A stretch of DNA of 39,913 nt. It comes from Campylobacterota bacterium (GTDB taxonomy: Bacteria; Campylobacterota; Campylobacteria; Campylobacterales; Arcobacteraceae). Both the position numbers and the translations under genes were made by a program. Below the pieces are notes generated by a model. That model did no database searches. It was not told the origin of the DNA and was given only the letters and a program-made list of their open reading frames with translations. This document shows, piece by piece, positions 10,773 to 18,296 of this stretch. Where the stretch lies: NCBI GenBank assembly GCA_034658775.1, contig JAYEFX010000050.1, positions 1-39,913 on the forward strand, given 5' to 3'. The first letter of the stretch is position 1; each line of letters opens with the position of its first letter.

Positions 10773-10808
10773 AAAAAAGCCAACCCTAATACAGGGTTGG
10801 CTTTTTTT
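10773..10808. terminator. bidirectional rho-independent terminator between ppiC (+) and the Mrp gene (-)
   Basis: AAAAAAGCCAACCCT-AATAC-AGGGTTGGCTTTTTTT. This is a GC-rich 9-10 bp stem flanked by an A-run and a T-run. Confidence 0.8.
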
Positions 10809-10828
10809 ATGCTTTAATTTTAGAAGGG

Positions 10829-11983
10829 TTAGTTACAACCACATCCTCCACCTTGCTTTTGTGCTGCTGCGTGAGCTTGTCCTTCAGTCGAACAAGCACT
10901 TACACCTGCAGGCATTGTAGGTTGGATTGCTGAATTATCAGCATCCCCATCTTTAATCTGATCCCATAAAAGCTGTGCTGCTTTTAAGTATCGTTTCCCC
11001 GTAACACTATCCGGAGCAAAATAAACCACAGGTTTACCTTCATCTCCACCTTCACGAATGGCAGGTTCAATTGGGATATTTGCTAATACTCCAGTTTTAT
11101 ACTCTTTTGCTAAGTCATCACAAGTACCTTGTCCAAAAATATCGCTTTCAGTGTCACAATTAGGACAAATAAAACCACTCATATTTTCAACCACACCCGC
11201 AATTGGGATATGAAGTTTAGCAAACATATCCAATGATCTTCGTGAATCATCAAGAGCAACATGCTGAGGCGTTGTTACATTAATTCCAGCACTTACAGGT
11301 ACGCTTTGCGCTAAAGTTAACTGTGCATCACCCGTTCCAGGAGGCATATCTATAAATAAGATATCCAACTCTTCCCATAAAATATCTCTTAATAATTGCT
11401 CAATTGCTTTCATGATCATAGCCCCTCGCCAGATCAAAGCTTGTCCCTCTTCCATTAGTGATCCCATTGACATAACATCAACACCATAAGCATTAAATGG
11501 CTTAACCTTATTTCCAATAATCTCTGGTTGTTGCCCAGAAAGACCCATCATACGAGGAATATTTGGACCATAAATATCAGCATCTAAAACACCTACTTTT
11601 AATCCTTGCATCGCGGCTGCCACTGCTAAGTTTACCGTTGTCGTTGTTTTTCCAACTCCACCTTTTCCTGAACTTACCATCACAAAATGTTTCACTTGAG
11701 GAGCGATATTTTTTCCACTCATTGAGTTACTTTGTTGCTTTGGAGCTGCTGGTTTCGTGATAATTACTTCAGCCGTAATACCAAGAACAGCAATCTCTTT
11801 TGCAATCTCTTCTTTTAACTGTGCTTCAACTTCAGGTGCTGTTGAAGTGATATCCACATGCACACGTGCCGTATTATTTTCTACTACCACATCTTTCACA
11901 AATCCAAACTCTACGATTGATTTTGTAAATCCTGGGTACTTTACAGCTTCAAGTTTCGCTTTTATGTCAGCTACTGTTGCCAT
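10829..11983 (-). CDS. apbC: Mrp/ApbC/NBP35-family Fe-S cluster carrier ATPase with N-terminal DUF59-like domain
   Basis: Deviant Walker A SGKGGVGKTTTTVNLA, the CPNC motif (FICPNCDTESDIFG) and an N-terminal DUF59-like segment. It also has an unusual Cys-rich C-terminal tail (see findings). Confidence 0.9.
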   Translation of the reverse strand: MATVADIKAKLEAVKYPGFTKSIVEFGFVKDVVVENNTARVHVDITSTAPEVEAQLKEEIAKEIAVLGITAEVIITKPAAPKQQSNSMSGKNIAPQVKHFVMVSSGKGGVGKTTTTVNLAVAAAMQGLKVGVLDADIYGPNIPRMMGLSGQQPEIIGNKVKPFNAYGVDVMSMGSLMEEGQALIWRGAMIMKAIEQLLRDILWEELDILFIDMPPGTGDAQLTLAQSVPVSAGINVTTPQHVALDDSRRSLDMFAKLHIPIAGVVENMSGFICPNCDTESDIFGQGTCDDLAKEYKTGVLANIPIEPAIREGGDEGKPVVYFAPDSVTGKRYLKAAQLLWDQIKDGDADNSAIQPTMPAGVSACSTEGQAHAAAQKQGGGCGCN

Positions 11984-12128
11984 TTTAATTCCTTATAATA
12001 TTTATTTTTGTGTATCATAATCTAAATAAGATAATTTTTGTCTTAATTGAACAACTTATTTTCAATATAAAGTTTTTGTTACCTTGGATGTAATATAATT
12101 GATTACTATTAAAGATAAAGGACCTGCA

Positions 12129-15100
12129 ATGAGTTTCATAAAAAGTGTTAAATTTTGGATCACCGTCGTTGTTTCTCTTTATGCTATTGCTGGGTTTATT
12201 GTTTTACCCAAAGTAGCGCTCAAAGAGGTACAAAAATACACACAAGAAAATTTTGATCAAAAAATTCTTATTCAAAACATTACTTTTAACCCTTTTACTC
12301 TTAATTTAGCGTTGCACAACGTGCAAATACAAGATAAAAAAACCAAAGAAAATCTTATTAGTGCAGATGAAATTGGCGTTAACATTGAGTTGTTCAGCTT
12401 GGCTACGGATACGATAAACTTAGATAACATTGAACTTATTCACCCAAAAATAAACGCTGTTTTAGCAAAAGATGGTCAACTAAATCTTGCTCTGATTCAA
12501 CCAAGACAAACAGATAAAAAGGAGCCTAAGGCCGATGAAAAGCCCATGAAACTACCGTTTTTTAGCATCGATACTTTCACCTTAGAAAATGCTACGATAG
12601 ATTTTACGGACAATACATTAAAAGAGCCTTTTTCAACGCATATCTCAGAGTTTAGCTATGTATTTCATGATCTTAGCACTCAGCCAAACTCTTTGGCTTC
12701 GCATGAATTAAGTCTGAACATCGATAAGCACACTACATTAAAAATAGACGGCGGACTGTATCTTGACCCTTTGCTTATCTATGGGAATGTAGATTTGACC
12801 AATTTTCAAACCAATTTACCCATAGCCTATTTACAAGAAAAATTAAATTTTCACGTTCCTAATACTCTTGTTGATGTAAAACTTGGGTTTATTGCAGATT
12901 TAAAGCAGCTTTCCAATCCTCAAGTTACGTTAAAAGATGCCTTTGTAGGTTTTGAAGAATTACAAATCCAAGATAAAGCTACAAAAAGTACTCAACTAAA
13001 GCTTGATGCTTTTAGACTCAATGAGATGCAATTTGATCTGCAAAATCAAAAAGTTCTTATTGATTCCATTCATTTAGATCGTTTCTATGCCAACGCACTT
13101 ATCAACAAAGATAAAAGTATTAATATTGCACAACTGTTTCAATCAAATACAGCAAAAGTTAAAACAGAAGTAAAAGAGGTCAAAAAATCAAAAAGTCAAG
13201 AAACAACCGTAGAGAAAATAGAAGAATCCAAACCATGGGAGCTTCTGGTTGAAGCCATTGTACTTAAAAATTCAACTGTAGATTTTACAGATAATTCTCT
13301 TGCAAAATCTTTTAAGACTCAACTTTCTAATATAAACTTTTCTCTTGAAGAACTCACTCTTAAACAAAATGATACGTTTAAATACGATTTATCATTAAAC
13401 CTTTTAGACAACGCCACATTTAAAAACAACGGAACACTCAGTTTATTTCCTCTTGGTATTCAATCCCATTATGTACTAAGTGATGTTGTCATCCCAAAAC
13501 TCAACTCATACATTCAGCCCAATATCAATTTCAATATTAACAGTGCTACAGTAGGAGCCAAAGGGGATTTTGAGCTCCTAAGTGATAACAATATAAAAAT
13601 CACCAAAGGGGTCATAAATCTCAGCAATCTTAAACTTTCCCCAAAGAGATCAACACAAAACCTCATTACTTTAAAATCCCTTCAAACTTCTGGACTTAAC
13701 CTTGATCTAAATGCACAAAAGATTTCCATTGCAAACGTAACGCTGGATCAACTGTTTTCCAATGTAAAGATGCAAAAGAATAAAAAAGTAAATCTTGAAA
13801 CCATGTTTGCAGCACCTAAAAAAGCAAAAAGAGTGCAAAAATCAAGTGTAAAAAAAGCAACTAAAACAAAACCTTGGAAGCTTAATATCAAGCAAACAAA
13901 GCTTAAAAACTCATCCGTGTTATATACAGATTATTCTCTTGCTAAAAGATTTAAAACAAGAATCTCTCAAATCTACACCACCATTAATGATATCAGTTTA
14001 GCAAAAAACAACAAGTCAACTTTCACCACCTCGCTAAGAATCAATAAACGTGCCAAAATCAATCTCAATGGTAACTTGATCTTAGATCCATTGGTTGTTC
14101 AAAGTAAGTACAAAATAAGCTCTTTGTCCCTACCCATGTTGCAACCTTACATAGATGAAACACTGAATATCAATCTTAAAAAAGCACTCTTGTACACCAA
14201 TGGATCATTTACATTTAAACAACGAAACAGTTATTTTTCTTTGTATTCCAATGTAAGTTTAAACAATCTGTCCGTAGATCATAAACTTAGCAAAAAAAAT
14301 CTCCTAGAGGTCAAAAAAATAAAAGTTGATGCCATCAATCTTAAAAAAGACAAGCTCACCATAAAAGCAATAAAAATCACCCAACCCAACATCACAGCAA
14401 ATATTTATAAAAACCAAAGTACCAATTTTAGTGAAATAGTCAAAGAAAATAAAAATAAAAAAACCAACATCAAAACAAAAAAAACCTCCAAAAAAGCAAA
14501 ACCATTTAGTTACGACATAGGACCGATCGCAGCTTCTGGAGGTAAAATACATTTTAGTGATGAAACACTTCCTTTTGATTTTAAAACAGATATTCATGAT
14601 CTTGAAGCAAAGGTATCGGGTCTGTCTACTGATCTTTCAAAACCAACTAAGATAGATGCTAAAGGTCAAATTGATCAATATGGATTAGCCGATATTAATG
14701 CTACATTAAATACCTCAGATCCCATGCTAAACACTCAAGTAAATGTTTACTTTAAAAACATCTCCATGCAAAACTACACCCCATATTCGGGGAAATTTAT
14801 TGGTCAACGATTAGCCAATGGTGCACTGAATTTGGATTTGAACTACAACATCAAAGAATCTCAACTTGAGGCAAGCAACTCCATAATTTTAGAAAAACTT
14901 GAATTAGGAGAGGCGGTTGAAAGTAAAGATGCAGTTAGCTTACCCTTGGGCTTAGCCATTGCTTTACTTGAAGATTCCAATGGCGTCATTGATATTGATC
15001 TACCCATAACAGGAGATATCAACAACCCTGATTTTGCATTTGGACCTATTATTTGGGGCGCATTTGGACGATTAATTGTCAATATTGTGACCTCCCCATT

Positions 15101-15722
15101 TAAACTTCTTGGGTCAATCTTGGGAGTGAGTCCCCAAGAGATTAGTAAAGTAATTTTTGAGCCAGGGCTTAGCACCATCACCCCACCGGCAAAAGGTTCT
15201 TTAGATAAAGTACTTAAAGCACTTAATAAACGTCCAAATCTTAGTTTGGTCTTGCAACCTAGCTACACACAGGATATTGACTTATATGCACTACAACTGC
15301 AAAAACTTGATGCCCACTTAATAAAAGAGCTTGAAAAAGATATTATTGATAAAGATGAAGTTCAAGATGAGCTTGAAGATTTATACAAAGAATCTATTGA
15401 CAAAAAAGAGCTTAAAGAAATCGAAAAAAGTTTTATCAAGGTGATTAAAGATAAAAAAACAAATAAAAGCAAAGAGAGTTTTGATCAAGATGCATACATC
15501 GCTAAAATCAAAGATGATTTGGTCAAAATACAAAAACTTGATGCAGCTGCTTTAGAAACTTTGGCCAAAAAACGAACCGACATGATTTCCACATATCTTA
15601 TTGACCAAAAGAAACTTGAAGCTTCACGAATTAGCGTTAAACCTGAAGTGATAAAAGCCGATATTAAAGATAAAAAATGGGCATACTATAAACTTGATAT
15701 TAGTGTCGGGGAAAAGAAGTAA
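12129..15722 (+). CDS. very large DUF748-repeat membrane-anchored protein (AsmA-like superfamily)
   Basis: The track ORF starts at TTG 12099. The ATG at 12129 (MSFIKSVKFWITVVVSLYAIAGFIVLP, an N-terminal TM anchor) has AAGGA 6 nt upstream and is preferred. There are four internal repeats of the DUF748-type block (...IDFTDNTL.., ..VDFTDNSLAKSF.., ..VLYTDYSLAKRF.., ..IHFSDETLPFDF..). Confidence 0.75.
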   Translation: MSFIKSVKFWITVVVSLYAIAGFIVLPKVALKEVQKYTQENFDQKILIQNITFNPFTLNLALHNVQIQDKKTKENLISADEIGVNIELFSLATDTINLDNIELIHPKINAVLAKDGQLNLALIQPRQTDKKEPKADEKPMKLPFFSIDTFTLENATIDFTDNTLKEPFSTHISEFSYVFHDLSTQPNSLASHELSLNIDKHTTLKIDGGLYLDPLLIYGNVDLTNFQTNLPIAYLQEKLNFHVPNTLVDVKLGFIADLKQLSNPQVTLKDAFVGFEELQIQDKATKSTQLKLDAFRLNEMQFDLQNQKVLIDSIHLDRFYANALINKDKSINIAQLFQSNTAKVKTEVKEVKKSKSQETTVEKIEESKPWELLVEAIVLKNSTVDFTDNSLAKSFKTQLSNINFSLEELTLKQNDTFKYDLSLNLLDNATFKNNGTLSLFPLGIQSHYVLSDVVIPKLNSYIQPNINFNINSATVGAKGDFELLSDNNIKITKGVINLSNLKLSPKRSTQNLITLKSLQTSGLNLDLNAQKISIANVTLDQLFSNVKMQKNKKVNLETMFAAPKKAKRVQKSSVKKATKTKPWKLNIKQTKLKNSSVLYTDYSLAKRFKTRISQIYTTINDISLAKNNKSTFTTSLRINKRAKINLNGNLILDPLVVQSKYKISSLSLPMLQPYIDETLNINLKKALLYTNGSFTFKQRNSYFSLYSNVSLNNLSVDHKLSKKNLLEVKKIKVDAINLKKDKLTIKAIKITQPNITANIYKNQSTNFSEIVKENKNKKTNIKTKKTSKKAKPFSYDIGPIAASGGKIHFSDETLPFDFKTDIHDLEAKVSGLSTDLSKPTKIDAKGQIDQYGLADINATLNTSDPMLNTQVNVYFKNISMQNYTPYSGKFIGQRLANGALNLDLNYNIKESQLEASNSIILEKLELGEAVESKDAVSLPLGLAIALLEDSNGVIDIDLPITGDINNPDFAFGPIIWGAFGRLIVNIVTSPFKLLGSILGVSPQEISKVIFEPGLSTITPPAKGSLDKVLKALNKRPNLSLVLQPSYTQDIDLYALQLQKLDAHLIKELEKDIIDKDEVQDELEDLYKESIDKKELKEIEKSFIKVIKDKKTNKSKESFDQDAYIAKIKDDLVKIQKLDAAALETLAKKRTDMISTYLIDQKKLEASRISVKPEVIKADIKDKKWAYYKLDISVGEKK

Positions 15723-15737
15723 AGAGATTTACTTCTT
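15714..15737. terminator. compact hairpin at the convergent junction of the DUF748 gene and the cytochrome-like gene
   Basis: AAGAAGTAAA-GAGA-TTTACTTCTT. This is a perfect 10-bp stem with a 4-nt loop, followed by TTT. Both stop codons (TAA 15720-15722 on +, TAA 15729-15731 on -) lie in the stem arms. Confidence 0.55.
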
Positions 15738-16016
15738 TTTATCGTAGTGATAATATACCTCATTGAGATACTGCTGAACATCTATTTGTTCTTCGGGAAA
15801 CCATCCAACGTCAAAAAAACCATCGCAAGAACTCACCCAGCCTTTTAGCTCAAAATCATTCTTTGCTTTTTTCTCTTTTGCATCAAAATTTGAACCTTTG
15901 TTGTGACACTTTTGGCACTTCGCATCAAGATACAGCTCTTCTCCTGTAGTGGCTTGTGCAGACATTGAAGATGCACTTGCATACGAAACCATTGCCAATA
16001 TAACGAACACTTTCAT
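15729..16016 (-). CDS. small secreted protein with a single CxxCH haem-c attachment motif
   Basis: Signal peptide MKVFVILAMVSYASA. CQKCH occupies aa 34-38 (nt 15903-15917, checked by back-translation). 95 aa. Confidence 0.5.
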   Translation of the reverse strand: MKVFVILAMVSYASASSMSAQATTGEELYLDAKCQKCHNKGSNFDAKEKKAKNDFELKGWVSSCDGFFDVGWFPEEQIDVQQYLNEVYYHYDKKK

Positions 16017-16091
16017 AGTATCCTCCTTGTATTTTAAGAATACTATAAAAGTTTATCCTAATGAAAATTAATGCAATCTATTATTTTATAA

Positions 16092-16733
16092 CTAAATCTT
16101 ATTTTTATCTAGCCAACTTTCCAATTGGATCAACGATTCAATCTCCTTTGGAGCAGTTTGCAAAATGGATGCCATACTTTTTACCCCCATGGAAAGAAGA
16201 TATTGCAAGTTATCATCAAATGTTGCTTCCTCAATCACATAAATTGAATCTTTATGCACTTCAAAAAGGTAACCACCATTGGGTATGGGTGTCATGGATA
16301 AAGTAACCGTGTAGTGATCTTTTATGATACTTTCTTCTTGAGAGTACATCAGTCCAATATTATACCCTTGCGTCGCAAAACCCTTGATAGCTACGACTAA
16401 AACCTGATTGTCTCCCTCTTTTGAGGAATTGAAAATACCAATAATATCTTTTATTGTAGAGCATCCTGGAATCTTACAAATATTCGATTGAAAAAAATTA
16501 GCCAATCTTGTTTCAACTAAATGCCCTACCATATACAATATGGCCAAAAGTAATCCAATTCCAAAAAGAAGCCATAAGAATTCATAATTTTGAGGAACAA
16601 ATCCCACTAAAGTAAATAATTTACTCACCAATATATCTATCTTGCCATACAGCCATAAAATTATCATCGCAATTGCAGCAATAGGCAATACCCAAAATAA
16701 ACCTTTAAGTATAAGTTCCATAAAATGTTTCAT
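16092..16733 (-). CDS. DUF502-family membrane protein
   Basis: 213 aa with two N-terminal TM segments and a soluble C-terminal domain (...TPIPNGGYLFEV...), which is the DUF502 layout. Assigned from memory of the family. Confidence 0.55.
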   Translation of the reverse strand: MKHFMELILKGLFWVLPIAAIAMIILWLYGKIDILVSKLFTLVGFVPQNYEFLWLLFGIGLLLAILYMVGHLVETRLANFFQSNICKIPGCSTIKDIIGIFNSSKEGDNQVLVVAIKGFATQGYNIGLMYSQEESIIKDHYTVTLSMTPIPNGGYLFEVHKDSIYVIEEATFDDNLQYLLSMGVKSMASILQTAPKEIESLIQLESWLDKNKI

Positions 16734-16800
16734 CTGTGTTTATCCTTTTTTGAATACAGTATTATAATTTATTATATCATATTACCATAAAGAGTTAAAA

Positions 16801-17499
16801 ATTAAAACAGCACCTTTTACAGGATTTCATCATCAGACCATAAAATTTCTAAAAAGTATTCAAAAAAACAATAATAAACCATGGTTCGAAGCGCATAAAA
16901 GTGATTATGAGCATATTATCAAATACCCTAGCATGGCATACATCAATGAGATGGGGGAACACCTCATCGCATTGGTCCCATCCATAAAAGCCTATCCAAA
17001 AGTAGGAGGGTCATTATTTAGAATCTATCGAGACGTTCGTTTTGCAAAAGATAAAACACCCATGAAAAGTAAAATTGGTTTTTTATTTTGGCAGGGCAAT
17101 GCTCATCGCATGCAAAGTGCTAGTTTTTATATGCATTATGACAGTTTTGAGGTTTTCTATGCTACGGGGATTCGTAGCTTCAAAGCACCCCTTTTGAAAA
17201 CCTATCGAGAGTATATACGTGATGTCAAAAATGCACAAGCACTGCATAGCATCTTAAACGATCTGGTAGAAAAAGGGTATCAGCTTCCACCTCCACACTT
17301 TAAGCGTTATCCTAAAGGGTTTAAACAAGAAGATCCATACAGCTATTTAAGTTTGTTTAATGCTGTGTATGCGTACAAAATATTTCCCTTGGATGATACT
17401 TTTTTTAAAAATGAGGAGTTTATTGATAGAGGTTTTGCCATCTATGAAGATATGCTTGATCTTCATACTTGGGTGCATGAACTTACACTAAGTGCCTAG
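16801..17499 (+). CDS. DUF2461 (TIGR02453) family protein, probably initiating at a non-canonical ATT
   Basis: The track ORF starts at ATG 16933. The in-frame upstream sequence IKTAPFTGFHHQTIKFLKSIQKNNNKPWFEAHKSDYEHIIKYPS encodes the conserved family N-terminus (F.GF...FL..L..NN.K.WF...K..YE). No ATG, GTG or TTG occurs between the in-frame stop (16765-16767) and 16933. ATT 16801 has AAAGAG 6 nt upstream. Confidence 0.6.
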   Translation: MKTAPFTGFHHQTIKFLKSIQKNNNKPWFEAHKSDYEHIIKYPSMAYINEMGEHLIALVPSIKAYPKVGGSLFRIYRDVRFAKDKTPMKSKIGFLFWQGNAHRMQSASFYMHYDSFEVFYATGIRSFKAPLLKTYREYIRDVKNAQALHSILNDLVEKGYQLPPPHFKRYPKGFKQEDPYSYLSLFNAVYAYKIFPLDDTFFKNEEFIDRGFAIYEDMLDLHTWVHELTLSA

Positions 17500-17539
17500 T
17501 TTACTCCATGCCCTGCCCTAACATCACTAGATAAATACT

Positions 17540-18085
17540 TTATAAACTTCCGACATAGGTAAGTTGTGCATTTGCCGCTCCATGCTTAAAAAATACAACC
17601 AGTGGAGCAGGAGCACCCTTTTGGCTTGTATTTTTACTAATCCATATTTTATATTCCACCCCTTGATCGTAAGTATTTTCGTATCCCACGCCCGTTGTTT
17701 TCAATCTTTGTATTCGTGTGATACGCACTGGATAGGTGTAATTTCGTGCATTACTGTGTGCTTTTTTAAAAGAGTAACGATAGGTATCATCATCCAATTG
17801 ATTTGCATTGTTTGTTAATAAACTACGATGCATCAAAGGGACAACCATACCCGAACTTTGATAGTATGAATTATTTTGCAAGATATTTAAAAACTGATTT
17901 AACACCTTATTTGCACTTTGCTGTTGATCTTTAGACATACTGCTTTGTATGCGGTTTTGTTGCACTGCACTTGGGTTTTGAATTTTTTGCACACCATTAA
18001 GAATATCGCCTAAGTCACTTAAGCTAAAAGCAAAAGCAGATGTTCCTAGTATCAACAGTGTATTTACAATAATCTTTTTTTTCAT
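17540..18085 (-). CDS. hypothetical secreted protein
   Basis: Signal peptide MKKKIIVNTLLILGTSAFA, AGGAG RBS, and a possible -10 TATACT upstream. No family recognised. Confidence 0.6.
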   Translation of the reverse strand: MKKKIIVNTLLILGTSAFAFSLSDLGDILNGVQKIQNPSAVQQNRIQSSMSKDQQQSANKVLNQFLNILQNNSYYQSSGMVVPLMHRSLLTNNANQLDDDTYRYSFKKAHSNARNYTYPVRITRIQRLKTTGVGYENTYDQGVEYKIWISKNTSQKGAPAPLVVFFKHGAANAQLTYVGSL

Positions 18086-18296
18086 TTTCTCTCCTGTGAG
18101 TCATATCCATAAGTATAGTAAAAACTTATTCCTAAAAAGTTCTTTTTACTCTAATGGGTGATTAATTTTGAAAAGAGGTTCAAAAGTAGGGGATAGTGGT
18201 TGCTTAGTAAATAGTTGAGCACTCATCTGGTACAGTAACGGCTCAATATTTCGACGGTGTAACCTTATTTTCTCCTCTGATTTATTATGTTCAATA

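Noticed and set aside
12099-12128. A TTG-initiated 10-codon extension of the DUF748 ORF.
   Set aside because: The ATG at 12129 is preceded by AAGGA at ideal spacing. The TTG lies immediately after a TATAAT-like box, so it is probably in the untranslated leader or promoter.
14457-14484. Poly-A runs (A7 at 14457-14463, A8 at 14477-14484) in the DUF748 gene, considered as possible phase-variation tracts.
   Set aside because: They encode the Lys-rich linker (AAA codons). They are short compared with known contingency tracts, which in Campylobacterota are usually poly-G/C of 8 or more. No G/C homopolymer longer than 5 was seen anywhere in the window.
18146-18226. A 26-codon minus-strand ORF (MSAQLFTKQPLSPTFEPLFKINHPLE) downstream of fic, considered as a possible small antitoxin or partner.
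   Set aside because: It has no Shine-Dalgarno sequence and no recognisable motif, and it lies downstream rather than upstream of fic. That is too weak to call a gene, so it is only mentioned within a finding.
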